A DNA stretch of 64,000 nt, taken from Opitutaceae bacterium. Lineage in GTDB: Bacteria > Verrucomicrobiota > Verrucomicrobiia > Opitutales > Coraliomargaritaceae. The notes below the pieces were generated by a model. The model searched no databases, had not been told where the DNA came from, and saw nothing but the letters and a program-made list of their open reading frames with translations. Shown piece after piece: positions 21,001 through 32,015 of the stretch (positions within the stretch are counted from its first letter, which is position 1; every line of letters begins with the position of its first letter). The DNA lies in contig JBPOFY010000001.1 of assembly GCA_051252375.1 (NCBI GenBank), positions 352,001-416,000 on the forward strand, read 5' to 3'. Made by a program: the position numbers and the translations under genes.

Positions 21001-21295
21001 ATGTTGTATAAATTGGCTCTACCTACGGAGAACACCCGAAATGGGGTTCGTCAAAGACGCAGTGGAGGTTCCGTGTGATTATCGGAGATGTGTGGTTGTG
21101 TCGGATCTCAGACAGTATGTTCGAGATCACGTGCTGCTTAGAGCAGAATCCAAACCAGTGTTTGGCAATGGTAATCGTGTTGAATGCGTCGATGTAGATT
21201 TTTGCTAATTCGGATTGGAGGGACCCTTATATTGTCCGATTTTAGGTAGGTTGTGGTTTCAAGGGACTTTGTATCTGCTTATAAGCGAGTTCATT

Positions 21296-21694
21296 ATGAA
21301 ACCTGGTCGAAAGAATACCTACATGCGGATTACGAATTTGCTCTTATACCTCAGTTTTTGTGGTTTGATCGGGACGGGGGCTTTGCTGACATGGCGACTT
21401 GTGCCTGGCTCAAAAGGTGGAGGCGGCCTGTCTGTGTTAGGACGAGGGCGTCATGAATGGGGTGACATCCACTTTTGGTTAGCGGTCGTATCTGTTGTCT
21501 CGGTGGTGATCCACCTCCTATTGAACTGGCAATGGCTGAAGAAAATCGCAGCGGGTGCACACTTTTGGCGTTTGCTGTTAGGGCTGGGACTAGGGTTGCT
21601 GATTATTTTCGGAATCTACTTCTTGCCGATGGAATCTCGCAAAGGAGATGGGCACGGAAATGAGCACGGCCGCTTAATGGAGAAGGTCGACTAG
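21296..21694 (+). CDS. DUF4405 membrane protein
   Basis: LGRGRHEWGDIHFW...IHLLLNWQW. Confidence 0.8.
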   Translation: MKPGRKNTYMRITNLLLYLSFCGLIGTGALLTWRLVPGSKGGGGLSVLGRGRHEWGDIHFWLAVVSVVSVVIHLLLNWQWLKKIAAGAHFWRLLLGLGLGLLIIFGIYFLPMESRKGDGHGNEHGRLMEKVD

Positions 21695-22321
21695 CTCTTG
21701 GAGTGAGTGCACGACCGGAGCACCTGTGGTGGCAAGCCGTTCCGGAGTATGATGCCCGTGTGCGAGCAGGATACAATGAGTGCCAATGGCTTCCGCTACT
21801 TCAAAGTCGTGCAAAGTATCGCCAACCATCACGACTTCTTCGGGGTCCCATTCCAGTTTTTCAATCCAGCGCTTCCCCTGCCCTACTTTGCCTTCTGCGT
21901 AGATGTTATCAGTGCCGACCAGACTACTGAAATGCTCACGAATACCGAAGTGGTTGATGCCAATTTCAAGGGCTTCCTGTTTTGCGGCAGAAAGAACTGA
22001 ATGCGTGTGCCCCAAACCGGAGAGTTTTTTGAGTATCTCCGAGGTTTCAGGGTGCAAGACGCACTCTTCTAGCCAGCGGACTTCGTAGTCGTTGATAAAT
22101 TCGCGGCTGACCTGGGCAAAGCTATCTACATCTGTATCAAAGCCGAGGTAGTCGTAGAAATGAATAACCGGAAAGCCAAAGTTCTGACGATACACGTCTT
22201 CGGTGAGCGGCGATCGGTTGCGTTTGGCGAGTAGTCCGTTGAGCACTTCGACGCACAACCAGGTGTCGTCCAATAAGGTGCCATTCCAATCCCAGATGAT
22301 ATGACGATATGGTGAGGGCAT
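21674..22321 (-). CDS. HAD hydrolase (phosphoglycolate phosphatase-like)
   Basis: WDWNGTLLDD; MVGDTLHD. Confidence 0.88.
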   Translation of the reverse strand: MPSPYRHIIWDWNGTLLDDTWLCVEVLNGLLAKRNRSPLTEDVYRQNFGFPVIHFYDYLGFDTDVDSFAQVSREFINDYEVRWLEECVLHPETSEILKKLSGLGHTHSVLSAAKQEALEIGINHFGIREHFSSLVGTDNIYAEGKVGQGKRWIEKLEWDPEEVVMVGDTLHDFEVAEAIGTHCILLAHGHHTPERLATTGAPVVHSLQELVDLLH

Positions 22322-22744
22322 CTAGTCGAGTAGATCAGGTTTTCGCTCAAAGAGAACGGCTGGCACCTGCATGAGTGCGAGAAAGATCAAGGTGCCTTCA
22401 AAACCGGGCACGCTTAGGCGCTCGCCTCTATCCGCTGCAGCAATATATGCGAACATAACCGTAGCAATCATCAGAAAGACAAAAAGCGCTGAGATAATCA
22501 GCATCGCGACATAAGTCAGTTTCCAGCGTTTATCTGAAACCTTGGCAAATGGGAGATTTAGAAAAGCACCGTAGAGTATAAAATAGACTGATTGGATGAC
22601 CACGAAAGTTGTCAAAGTCCCGATCAGGAGGTTCTTTAAGGCGAGTCCGATCAGTAAAAAGCCCAATGCGCGACCTGCCCAGCGTGCATAGCGCACACCA
22701 TCTGGTATAACTGTGTTTGGGTTTTCTTTGGTGATGCTGCTCAT
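22322..22744 (-). CDS. Hypothetical membrane protein
   Basis: About 4 TM helices; abuts or overlaps both neighbours. Confidence 0.7.
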   Translation of the reverse strand: MSSITKENPNTVIPDGVRYARWAGRALGFLLIGLALKNLLIGTLTTFVVIQSVYFILYGAFLNLPFAKVSDKRWKLTYVAMLIISALFVFLMIATVMFAYIAAADRGERLSVPGFEGTLIFLALMQVPAVLFERKPDLLD

Positions 22745-23280
22745 TTAAATAGTCGGAGCAGATCAGAGCCTGCCTCTTGCTCGGCGTCAAGCAACGCGAG
22801 CTTTCTATCTGCTCCCCATCGATAATTTCCTATTGCGCCAGTGGATTGAATGACACGGTGGCATGGTATGAGTATTGAAATGGGGTTGGCGCCCACCGCT
22901 GAACCCACTGCCCGATTGGCCTTTGGTTTGCCTATCGCTTGAGCAATCGACTGATAACTCACACGTTCCCCATGCGGGACATCAATGAGTGCTCTCCACA
23001 CCGCTAGCTGAAATGGTGTGCCTTGTGGTGCGAGATACTGCCACTGAATCGCTGGTGCCAAGGACTGATAGTGAGCAAGCCAGTCCAAAAATACGGTGCG
23101 AAACACACTATCTGCCTCGGGAAGATCTGCTGTTGTATCCTCAAAATGTAGCTCAGTGATTCGTTCGCGTGAAAAATTTGCGATCAAGGTGCCCCACTCT
23201 GTGAGGATTCGACATCCCAATTCACCCGGAGAGGCATATTGAGTCAATGTAGTGAACAAATTATCATTTATACTTGCCAT
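22741..23280 (-). CDS. ogt: Methylated-DNA--protein-cysteine methyltransferase
   Basis: GTPFQLAVW, RAVGSAVGANP, active site PCHRV. Confidence 0.92.
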   Translation of the reverse strand: MASINDNLFTTLTQYASPGELGCRILTEWGTLIANFSRERITELHFEDTTADLPEADSVFRTVFLDWLAHYQSLAPAIQWQYLAPQGTPFQLAVWRALIDVPHGERVSYQSIAQAIGKPKANRAVGSAVGANPISILIPCHRVIQSTGAIGNYRWGADRKLALLDAEQEAGSDLLRLFK

Positions 23281-23338
23281 ATCAGCGCTTCCTTCCAATT
23301 TGAGAGAGTAATCATTTATTAATCATTCAATACATCCT

Positions 23339-24406
23339 ATGGCCGCTAAATCACAAATTCAAAAAACAGTACGTAATCCTGATGCAGATCGCAAAAACCT
23401 CGATTTAGCGATGTCCGGCATCAACAAACAGTTTGGTCCAGGGGCACTTATGCGCCTAGGAGAAGCCACAAAAATGGAGATCGACGTGATTTCTACAGGT
23501 TCGATCGCCATTGACCTCGCTCTTGGAGTCGGCGGTCTTCCCCGCGGTCGTATTTGTGAGATCTATGGTCCTGAAAGCTCTGGTAAGACAACTTTCTGTT
23601 TGAGCGCGATTGCTCAGGCGCAAAAAGAAGGTGGCAACGCTGTCTTTGTCGATGTAGAGCACGCGCTGGATCCTAAGTATGCGAAAATTGTCGGCGTGGA
23701 TTTAGACAATTTGATGGTTTCACAGCCAGAGAGTGGTGAAGATGCACTGAATATCACTGAAACGCTGATTCGCTCCGGCGCTGTGGATATTATTGTCATC
23801 GATTCTGTCGCAGCATTGGTTTCGAAGCATGAATTGGATGGTCAAATGGGTGATGCCACTGTCGGCCTGCAAGCACGGATGATGAGTCAGGCAATGCGCC
23901 GTCTCACCGCTGCGATCAGTAAATCTCAGTGTGTTGTGCTCTTTACCAATCAAATTCGTGAAAAGATCGGTGTCATGTTTGGCAGCCCCGAAACTCAGCC
24001 TGGTGGCCGTGCACTTAAGTTCTTTTCCTCGGTTCGGATGGATATTCGCCGAATTGGTCAGATTAAGGAGTCATCCGGTAAGGTTGTGGGTAACCGCACT
24101 CGTATTAAGATGGTGAAGAACAAAGTAGCTCCTCCCTTCACTGAGTCTGAGTTCGATATCATGTATAACGAAGGCATTTCGCACTCCGGATCTCTAGTAG
24201 ACCTCGGTGTGGAACATAATATTTTGGAAAAGAAGGGTTCATGGATTTCTTATAAGGGCGAAATGGTCGGGCAAGGCCGCGAAGCAGCTAAGACAGCTAT
24301 CCAAGAAGACAAAAAATTGGCCGACGAGTTGACCCAGTTGATCATGGCCAAAGTTCACCCTAAAGGTGGTGATTCCGTTACAGGCACCAGTGAGGCTGAG
24401 GAATAG
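23339..24406 (+). CDS. recA: Recombinase RecA
   Basis: [44 protein letters not shown]. Confidence 0.98.
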   Translation: MAAKSQIQKTVRNPDADRKNLDLAMSGINKQFGPGALMRLGEATKMEIDVISTGSIAIDLALGVGGLPRGRICEIYGPESSGKTTFCLSAIAQAQKEGGNAVFVDVEHALDPKYAKIVGVDLDNLMVSQPESGEDALNITETLIRSGAVDIIVIDSVAALVSKHELDGQMGDATVGLQARMMSQAMRRLTAAISKSQCVVLFTNQIREKIGVMFGSPETQPGGRALKFFSSVRMDIRRIGQIKESSGKVVGNRTRIKMVKNKVAPPFTESEFDIMYNEGISHSGSLVDLGVEHNILEKKGSWISYKGEMVGQGREAAKTAIQEDKKLADELTQLIMAKVHPKGGDSVTGTSEAEE

Positions 24407-24561
24407 TGTTTATTTTGCGATAGTCCCCTACTCTCCGCCGGCATTTTCTGAATATTGCGTTCTGAGAGGCTTTAAATCCGGTCGATTGTAGACTATCTCA
24501 AAGTAGTCCAGTCACTTGCGAACTTGACGCTGCGCTCGATTACGCGAAGTTAGCGGGTCCT

Positions 24562-25920
24562 ATGCCAGCTTCAGATACCATCGTCGCACTGTCCACACCA
24601 GCAGGCGAATCCGCAATTGCCGTGATTCGTTTGAGTGGTTGCGCCTGCCCTGAGCTCGGGCAGTCGATACTTGGACGCCAAAGCGGTTTAAAAGCACGAC
24701 ACGCTCACTTTGGTATCTATCTGGATATCAAGGGGAAGCGAATTGATGACTGTGTGGTAACTTTGTATGAAGAGGGTAAATCCTTTACTGGCGAAGCCAT
24801 GCTGGAAATTGCACCGCATGGTAATCCTTTGATTGTGCAGAAGATCATGGAGGACTTGATGGCACGTGGTTGCCGACCAGCCGAACCGGGTGAATTTACT
24901 CGAACCGCCTTCATGAATGGGAAAATGGATTTGAGTCAGGCTGAGGCGGTCTCGGATTTAATACGTGCTAGATCTGACAAGAGCATCGAAGTTGCCCAGC
25001 GACAACTGCATGGATCTGTGGGTCGCAAGATGAGTGAGTTGACCGATCGCTTGCTCTCAGTGATGGCACATTTGGAGGCTTATATCGATTTTCCGGAAGA
25101 GGATTTGCCCGATGAAAATCAGTCTGGACCGGCGATGGATTTACGGAAACTCATTAACGAAATCAATGAGTTGATCGAAACACAGCACTACTCCGCCCTA
25201 TTGCATGAAGGCATAAAGACTTTAATTGTTGGTGAACCCAACGTAGGTAAGAGTAGCTTGATAAATGCACTCACTGGCTCTGAGAGGTCGATAGTTAGTG
25301 ACATTCCAGGCACTACGCGTGATTACGTTTCAGCATTTCTTATGATTGGCCCATGGCGTATCGAGATTTTGGATACAGCAGGATTGCACGAGGCGGGCGA
25401 CGTAATTGAGCAGCTCGGAATCAACCACACGATTGAGCAAGCGGAGACCGCGGACTTCTTTTTGTTGATGCTCGATTCGAGTGGCGACTCCCCTACCCTG
25501 CCGGCTGAGCTGTTGACTCGAATGACCGCTGAAAATACAATTGTCGTCGAAAATAAGATCGATTTGGCAGGATCAGTTACGCATGACGCGTTTATGCCTG
25601 ATTTAAAGCACGCTCGAGTTTCGTTGCTTGAGCGAGATGGTATCAGTGAGCTGCGTCAACAATGGCAAGCGTCCATTGAGGCGGGCTTAAAGCAGCCTAA
25701 TGCAGATGGTGTCGTCGTGAATGCACGTCATGCTGCTGCTCTGGGTGATGCACGGGACGCTTTGGAGCTCGCAGCTGAAAAATTGAAGGATTTAGAACTC
25801 TCGGAGTTGGTAGCTGCGGATCTGCGTGATGCGGTCGAGTTTATTGGTCGTGTAGTTGGCAAGGTCGACAACGAGCGCATGCTAGACAGTCTATTTAAGC
25901 AATTTTGCATAGGAAAATGA
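24562..25920 (+). CDS. mnmE: tRNA modification GTPase MnmE
   Basis: DTIVALST, PGEFTRTAFMNGK, GEPNVGKSS, GTTRD, C-terminal FCIGK. Confidence 0.97.
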   Translation: MPASDTIVALSTPAGESAIAVIRLSGCACPELGQSILGRQSGLKARHAHFGIYLDIKGKRIDDCVVTLYEEGKSFTGEAMLEIAPHGNPLIVQKIMEDLMARGCRPAEPGEFTRTAFMNGKMDLSQAEAVSDLIRARSDKSIEVAQRQLHGSVGRKMSELTDRLLSVMAHLEAYIDFPEEDLPDENQSGPAMDLRKLINEINELIETQHYSALLHEGIKTLIVGEPNVGKSSLINALTGSERSIVSDIPGTTRDYVSAFLMIGPWRIEILDTAGLHEAGDVIEQLGINHTIEQAETADFFLLMLDSSGDSPTLPAELLTRMTAENTIVVENKIDLAGSVTHDAFMPDLKHARVSLLERDGISELRQQWQASIEAGLKQPNADGVVVNARHAAALGDARDALELAAEKLKDLELSELVAADLRDAVEFIGRVVGKVDNERMLDSLFKQFCIGK

Positions 25921-27794
25921 GTGGCGGACTAAAATTCGGGCCGAGTCAGCCCTACGATGTGATTATCTGTGGTGCGGGTCATGCAGGCTGTGAGGCTGCG
26001 TTGGCGGCATCGCGGTTGGGCGCGGATGTGCTCATGCTGACTGGTAATCTCGATACAATCGCTCAAATGAGCTGTAATCCTGCTATCGGCGGACAAGCCA
26101 AGGGGCACATGGTGCGTGAAATTGACGCATTGGGTGGTGAAATGGCGATCAATACGGATACGACAGCTATACAGTTTCGTTTATTGAATGCTTCCAAGGG
26201 GCCAGCAGTCCAAGCGCCGCGGGCACAATGTGACAAGAAGGCGTATCAGTATCGCATGAAGCATGTCCTCGAGTTACAAGATAACCTCGATTTGTTCCAA
26301 GCCATGGTTCAAGGCCTGATTTACGAGGGTGGTCGTGTGGTTGGAGTGAAGACTAATTTAGATGTGGAGTTTTACGCGAAGACGGTGGTAGTGACGACTG
26401 GAACCTTCCTGCGCGGCTTGATGCATGTGGGGAAGAATAAAAATGAGGGTGGTCGAATGGGCGATTTCTCTGCAAAGGGGCTCTCCGGGTCGTTTTTGGA
26501 GGCAGGCATTGAGCTTGAGCGTCTGAAGACTGGCACGCCCGCACGTATTTTAGGTAGTAGTATTGATTTTACTAACTTAGAGGAGCAGCTCGGAGACGAA
26601 GAGCCCACGCTGTTTGCTTTCTACGATACGCGAGAAGAACAGGATTTGTTCCACGTGGAACATTTTGGTCAGGAGAAGTTGGGTTGGGCTCCGGGCGAAA
26701 AGCAAGTTTCTTGCTGGATGACTTACACGGGTGAGAAGACTAGGGGAGTTGTGCAGGATAATTTGCACCTCTCTGCGATGTATTCCGGTGAGATCGAAGG
26801 CACCGGTCCGCGCTATTGTCCGAGCATTGAAGATAAGTTTGTGCGTTTCAGTGATAAAGACCGGCATATGCTGTTTTTGGAGCCAGAAGGGAGGAATACT
26901 AACGAATGGTATATCAATGGACTGTCCACCTCGCTTCCTTTCGAGGTGCAGCTGGATCTGCTGCGCAGTATTGATGGTTTGGAAAAGGTGCACATGCTGC
27001 GCCCGGCCTATGCCGTAGAGTATGACTTTGCGCCACCCACACAGCTGTTTCCTTCACTAGAATCGAAGAAGGTAGAGAACTTGTTTTTCGCAGGTCAAAT
27101 CAACGGCACGTCCGGCTATGAAGAAGCGGCGGGGCAGGGTTTGATTGCTGGTGTGAACGCGGTTCAAAAGGTGAGGGGAGGCGAGCCCTTGATTTTGAAA
27201 CGTCACGAAGCTTACCTTGGTGTGCTGATAGATGACCTAGTTACGAAGGGGACGAATGAGCCTTATCGTATGTTTTCTAGTCGGGCGGAACACCGCTTAT
27301 TGTTCAATCATCCAAGTGCTGAATTGCGTTTGATTGGGCATAGTGAGAGGCTGCAACTTATTGATGGTCAGCGTGTTGAGAAAATTAAAGCCAAGGCGGA
27401 GAAGATTCGCTCTTGGGTCGATCGCTTGGAAGTAGAGCGCACTCGCGGTGAAAGCTACGCCTTACATTTACGTCGTTCTCGTTCACAGGAAGATTTTCCA
27501 GATGAATTGAAGACAGAGACGCGTGAGGTGCGTGACGAGGTGCACTATCGTGTTGTTTTTAAGGGATACCTAGAGCGGGAGCTGAAGCAGATTGAGAAGA
27601 TGCGCCATATCGACCACATCCGCCTGCCGGAGGGTTTCGACTTTGGCAAAGTGAAAGGTCTGCGCAGTGAAAGCGCTGAGAAGTTAAAGAAAATTGCGCC
27701 TCTCACCTTGGGGCAGGCCAGTCGCATTAGCGGCGTGAATCCAGCGGATATTAGCATCTTGATGGTTTTCCTAGAGGCTGCATCTCGTAAGTAA
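25917..27794 (+). CDS. mnmG: tRNA uridine-5-carboxymethylaminomethyl modification enzyme MnmG (GidA)
   Basis: GAGHAGCEAA, MSCNPAIGG, GPRYCPSIEDK, GQINGTSGYEEAA; ATGA overlap with mnmE. Confidence 0.97.
   Translation: MSGGLKFGPSQPYDVIICGAGHAGCEAALAASRLGADVLMLTGNLDTIAQMSCNPAIGGQAKGHMVREIDALGGEMAINTDTTAIQFRLLNASKGPAVQAPRAQCDKKAYQYRMKHVLELQDNLDLFQAMVQGLIYEGGRVVGVKTNLDVEFYAKTVVVTTGTFLRGLMHVGKNKNEGGRMGDFSAKGLSGSFLEAGIELERLKTGTPARILGSSIDFTNLEEQLGDEEPTLFAFYDTREEQDLFHVEHFGQEKLGWAPGEKQVSCWMTYTGEKTRGVVQDNLHLSAMYSGEIEGTGPRYCPSIEDKFVRFSDKDRHMLFLEPEGRNTNEWYINGLSTSLPFEVQLDLLRSIDGLEKVHMLRPAYAVEYDFAPPTQLFPSLESKKVENLFFAGQINGTSGYEEAAGQGLIAGVNAVQKVRGGEPLILKRHEAYLGVLIDDLVTKGTNEPYRMFSSRAEHRLLFNHPSAELRLIGHSERLQLIDGQRVEKIKAKAEKIRSWVDRLEVERTRGESYALHLRRSRSQEDFPDELKTETREVRDEVHYRVVFKGYLERELKQIEKMRHIDHIRLPEGFDFGKVKGLRSESAEKLKKIAPLTLGQASRISGVNPADISILMVFLEAASRK
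26647..26662. promoter_or_regulatory. parS: parS site (ParB loading), inside mnmG
   Basis: Perfect 16-bp palindrome TGTTCCACGTGGAACA, fitting the parS consensus TGTTNCACGTGNAACA. Confidence 0.85.
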
Positions 27795-28008
27795 TGCACG
27801 GGGTATGATTGGGGCGCCACTCTCCACATTGTGTCAATTAAGCGACGGCAATGTGTCGGGGGTGTGAAATTAGTGGCAAATGGTCTCAGCAATGGCTTTA
27901 ATCGTTGACGGAACCGCTTGTTATCTAGGTTTAATGTGAATTGCTTTGTGACGATTAATTCGTTCTGTTCTGGTTCTTCAGAGCAATTTCCACCTAAATA
28001 TTTATAGA

Positions 28009-28710
28009 ATGAGCGCGCCGAAAATTCATCGTATTTTAGTCTTAGATGACGAGCCTGACGTTACTGAATTGTTGCAATACAAATTAGAGCAAGCTGGTTA
28101 CCGATGCATGGTGTTGAATGATCCGCTTACTTTTGTGGCGAAGGTGCGCGAGTTTGAGCCGGACTTGATGATTTTGGATATTATGATGCCTGAGTTGAAC
28201 GGGCTTCAGTTGTGCCGTATCGCGCGAGCAGATCCCGTGATGAAAGATATCCCCATCATTTTCTTAACAGCCAAGGGGGAGGCGGAGGATCGAGTCACTG
28301 GTTTGGAAACGGGGGCAGAAGACTATGTGTCTAAGCCGTTTAACTCCAAGGAGTTACTGCTTCGCATTGGCAATATTTTAAATCGCAGCGTCAAATTGGA
28401 TGATACTGCGGGACAGAAGCGTATCGAGATCGGAGGCGTGTTGATTGACGAGGACTTGCATCAATTACGGGTGGATGGTGAAGAAGTTATTTTGACCGCG
28501 ACGGAGTTTCGTTTGCTGAAGTTGTTGATGGAGCGGAAAGGGCGCGTGCAGTCGCGCGAGCACCTACTGGTCAATGTCTGGCACTATGATACGGATATTG
28601 AAACGCGCACTGTCGATACGCACGTGCGCCGGGTGAGAGAAAAGTTAGGGTCGTATGCACATTTGATTGAGACTATCCGTGGTGTTGGTTATCGTGCGGT
28701 CGATATCTAA
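28009..28710 (+). CDS. OmpR/PhoB-family response regulator (PhoB-like)
   Basis: Receiver (LDDE, LDIMMP, KPF) plus winged helix (TRTVDTHVRRVREKL, ETIRGVGYR). Confidence 0.9.
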   Translation: MSAPKIHRILVLDDEPDVTELLQYKLEQAGYRCMVLNDPLTFVAKVREFEPDLMILDIMMPELNGLQLCRIARADPVMKDIPIIFLTAKGEAEDRVTGLETGAEDYVSKPFNSKELLLRIGNILNRSVKLDDTAGQKRIEIGGVLIDEDLHQLRVDGEEVILTATEFRLLKLLMERKGRVQSREHLLVNVWHYDTDIETRTVDTHVRRVREKLGSYAHLIETIRGVGYRAVDI

Positions 28711-30002
28711 TGTTGGTCTTTCTCTGTATTCTATTTTTTGTGACAACCGTTTGGTTGTTATTCTACATTCGTCGCACGCGTCAGCTTTTGGCTGACCTGG
28801 AGGGGGCGGTGCATGCGCAACGACGTTTATTGCCCGAGGCCTCTGATTTCACAATTAAGCTACACGGCGTGAAGGGCTTGATTGATGAGACGAATGATTT
28901 CATTGATCGGTATCAATTGTATGCGACAGAAAATACAGGGTATTCGAAGCAAATCGAAGCCATGCTACGTGCGGTCCAGGAGGTAGTGGTTATTTTTAAC
29001 GCGGACCGTGAAATTGAATTTTCCAATAAATCCGCCGAATCATTGTTCCATAAGGGCATGTCAATGAAAGGTTTGCGTGTTGACTCGGCTATGCGTTCCT
29101 TGAGCCTGTTGGAGTTTCTTGAGGCATTAAAGGAGGGGCGCCCGGGGAATGAAAATCAAATCAGTATCGAGAAGGAGGGTGAGACTTTGTGGTTTGAGGC
29201 ATCGTGCTCAGAGGTGCGTGGCATCTCCAATCCGAACGCGATGTCATACCTTCTAGTGCTTCATGACATTACGCGCTTGAAGAGTTTGGAAGTATTGCGT
29301 CGAGAGTTTGTAGCAAACGTGTCGCATGAACTGCGCACCCCTTTGACGATTATCAAAGGTTTCGCGGAAACTTTAGTGGACGATGAGAGCACGATCCCAT
29401 CGGAGTCACGCGTGCGGTTCCTCGGTAAGATCCTGACCAATGCGGAGCGCTTGCATATGTTGGTGGAAGATCTTTTGACCTTATCTCGATTGGAATCTAA
29501 GGCGGATCAGTTCGACCCTGTGATGCAGCCTATATTACCACTGTTGGAAGACATCCGGGAAGATTATCAATCGCGTTTGAAGGAAGAGGGGCAGAAGATT
29601 GTGGTGGATGTGGATAATGCGGTGCCGTTTGTGTCGTTTGATCGCTTTCGCATTAATCAGGTGTTGGATAATTTGGTCGTGAATGCCCTCAGGTATGCGC
29701 CTGATTTTACTGAGTTACGTTTGAGCGCGCGTTACGATGCAGCAGAGCAGGTGGTGGTGTGCTCGGTTCAAGACGATGGCCCAGGCATCCCCGAAGATGA
29801 TTTGCCGCACCTTTTCGAGCGTTTCTATCGAGTGGATAAGGGCCGATCAAAGGAAAGTGGCGGCACTGGGCTAGGCTTGAGCATCACGAAGCATATTATA
29901 CAGCTGCATGACGGTAAAGTCTGGGCGGAGAGCAAGCTGGGTGAGGGGACCAAGGTCAGCTTCAGCCTGTCTTGCGCATTGGTTGAAACAAGCGCAGTAT
30001 GA
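28710..30002 (+). CDS. PhoR-like sensor histidine kinase
   Basis: PAS-like region; FVANVSHELRTPLT; N, G1 and G2 boxes (FYRVDKGRS, GTGLGLSI). Confidence 0.9.
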   Translation: MLVFLCILFFVTTVWLLFYIRRTRQLLADLEGAVHAQRRLLPEASDFTIKLHGVKGLIDETNDFIDRYQLYATENTGYSKQIEAMLRAVQEVVVIFNADREIEFSNKSAESLFHKGMSMKGLRVDSAMRSLSLLEFLEALKEGRPGNENQISIEKEGETLWFEASCSEVRGISNPNAMSYLLVLHDITRLKSLEVLRREFVANVSHELRTPLTIIKGFAETLVDDESTIPSESRVRFLGKILTNAERLHMLVEDLLTLSRLESKADQFDPVMQPILPLLEDIREDYQSRLKEEGQKIVVDVDNAVPFVSFDRFRINQVLDNLVVNALRYAPDFTELRLSARYDAAEQVVVCSVQDDGPGIPEDDLPHLFERFYRVDKGRSKESGGTGLGLSITKHIIQLHDGKVWAESKLGEGTKVSFSLSCALVETSAV

Positions 30003-30059
30003 TCAAAGGGGTATCGGTCTTGACCCAGGGTGGGGGAGCTGTGCATAAATCTGCCTAAT

Positions 30060-30656
30060 ATGGAAATTTCAGAAGCACATGCTCGGGAGCTGGAAAAGCA
30101 GGTCGCACGTAAGCAGCAATTGCGTGAGCAAATAAATGGCGAACTCGCTGGAGTGGAGCGCATTCTGTTTGAGGCAGGCTGTGGGCATGGGCATTGGCTG
30201 GCTGATTACGCAGAAGCGAATCCGGAGGTGACCTGCGTAGGCATCGATCTGATTACTTGGCGTATTCGCAAGGGCTTGGATAAGCGCGATAAGCGAAATT
30301 TGAAGAACTTGTTCTTTTATAAGGCCGAGCTGGGGGAGTTTTTAGAGGTGTTGCCTCCACATATCCGTTTCGAACGCACTGTATTACTGTTCCCGGATCC
30401 ATGGCCGAAAGCGAAACACCATCGCCGACGAATGGTGCAAGCTGCATTCTTAGATGAAGTGGCTAAACGAACCGATGCGGCCGGAACCTTTTGTTTTCGC
30501 TCAGACGATCGCCCATATTTTGATTGGACCGTAGAGCATTTGGAGGCCCACCCTGAATGGGAGATTGATGACGCTGCACAGTGGCCTCATGAAACAGAGA
30601 CCTACTTTCAGAGTTTGATGGAGGAGTATTTCTCAGTCGTCGCCCGACGGGTTTGA
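30060..30656 (+). CDS. trmB: tRNA (guanine-N7)-methyltransferase
   Basis: [24 protein letters not shown]. Confidence 0.88.
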   Translation: MEISEAHARELEKQVARKQQLREQINGELAGVERILFEAGCGHGHWLADYAEANPEVTCVGIDLITWRIRKGLDKRDKRNLKNLFFYKAELGEFLEVLPPHIRFERTVLLFPDPWPKAKHHRRRMVQAAFLDEVAKRTDAAGTFCFRSDDRPYFDWTVEHLEAHPEWEIDDAAQWPHETETYFQSLMEEYFSVVARRV

Positions 30657-30661
30657 GGAGA

Positions 30662-30889
30662 CTACACGATATCGAGCCAAACGATCAGGACGAGCTGTGC
30701 TGCGAGGGCAATCGCTAGTAGTCCGTAGGCAAATAGCATAAATGTATCGGTTGCGAAGCGACGTTCACGAATAGTAGACGGTCCTGCCTTCGGGGAGTCT
30801 GGGCGCTTCTCGGCGTTGATGACCGCAGAGCTTCCTTTGCGGTCCCTGAGGTGCGCGATGCGGTCTGTGAGGTTGGTGAGTTCCGACAT
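30662..30889 (-). CDS. Small hypothetical protein with a C-terminal TM helix
   Basis: 75-aa ORF filling the gap between trmB and the atp promoter. Confidence 0.55.
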   Translation of the reverse strand: MSELTNLTDRIAHLRDRKGSSAVINAEKRPDSPKAGPSTIRERRFATDTFMLFAYGLLAIALAAQLVLIVWLDIV

Positions 30890-31084
30890 ATTATAGAATG
30901 ATCTTGGCGACCTTAGCTGTCATCGCGAGTTTAGTTATCTTCGATATAATTGATAGGTCTCATAAGCTTGGCTTATGTTGGCAGCTAAAAAGTAAATCTA
31001 GGGTTGACGCGTGATTCGTGCAAATACATCAACAGCGCCTTTCATGTGTGTCAATCACACCCTAAACACTCTCTCAAGTTCTTC

Positions 31085-31927
31085 GTGAACAAGCTACTAC
31101 CAACAGTTTTTCTTCTCACCGGTTCGGCTTCAGCTCTTAATGCTGCGGACGGCGTAAGCCCGTCTCCATACACGCTGACAGAAGTTTTCGGTCTTCCGGT
31201 TACTAACTCGATTCTCACTACTTGGGTGATTTCGATTTTGTTAATTGTAGCCATTCGCTTTTCAGTTGGCACACCGAAGTTGATTCCTGGTAAAGGTCAG
31301 GCTGTCCTAGAGAATTTGATTGGCGGTCTGCGTGATTTGCTTCTGCCGATCGTTGGCAAGAAGGCATTCCCATTGGCTTTTCCTTTGTTGATCGGTCTGT
31401 TTCTGTTCATCATGATTCACAACTGGAGTGGATTGATTCCAGGTGTAGGGGTATTTGGATTTTACGATGACCACGGACATTTGAATTATTGGATGCGTCC
31501 TGCCAGTGCCGATTTGAACGCGACTTTCGGTATGGCGCTCGTTGCTATGGCGGCGTGGTTGTTTATCAGTTTGAAGGTAGCGGGCCCTAAGTTTTTCATC
31601 TGGGAACTCTTCGGAAATAAGGCAGACAAGAAGGAAACACCAAAACCGATCTATTTACTATTGGCTCCTATCTTCCTGATGGTGGGTGTGATTGAAGTCG
31701 TTTCTATCTCATTTCGTCCGATCTCACTTTCTTTCCGTCTGTTCGGTAATGTTTTCGGTGGAGAGAATCTTCTTACAAGTATGACAGGTCTGGCACCTTA
31801 CATTGTGCCGATTCCGTTCTACCTTTACGAAGTGCTCGTCGGTGTGGTTCAAGCACTTATCTTTACACTCCTCGTAGCGATTTACATAGGATTGATGACA
31901 AATCACGACGAAGACCACGCTCACTAA
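31085..31927 (+). CDS. atpB: F0F1 ATP synthase subunit a
   Basis: [26 protein letters not shown]; probable GTG start at 31085. Confidence 0.95.
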   Translation: MNKLLPTVFLLTGSASALNAADGVSPSPYTLTEVFGLPVTNSILTTWVISILLIVAIRFSVGTPKLIPGKGQAVLENLIGGLRDLLLPIVGKKAFPLAFPLLIGLFLFIMIHNWSGLIPGVGVFGFYDDHGHLNYWMRPASADLNATFGMALVAMAAWLFISLKVAGPKFFIWELFGNKADKKETPKPIYLLLAPIFLMVGVIEVVSISFRPISLSFRLFGNVFGGENLLTSMTGLAPYIVPIPFYLYEVLVGVVQALIFTLLVAIYIGLMTNHDEDHAH

Positions 31928-32015
31928 ATTTTAAAACCTTTCCGCGCTCGGGACCATGTAGTAAATCCGTGGACGACGCAGAAATCACTAAATACTAAAC
32001 TCAACGTAATAAATT

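Noticed and set aside
21001..21295. Intergenic gaps (also 5418-5677, 24407-24561) as tRNA or ncRNA
   Set aside because: No cloverleaf, T-loop or recognisable RNA family motif seen by eye.
26647..26662. Palindrome as a LexA box (TGTTC...GAACA)
   Set aside because: The spacer is 6 rather than 4 nt and the site is intragenic; it fits parS instead.
27795..28008. Pho boxes upstream of the PhoB-like regulator
   Set aside because: Only isolated TGTCA-like hits, without a convincing 11-bp-spaced direct repeat.
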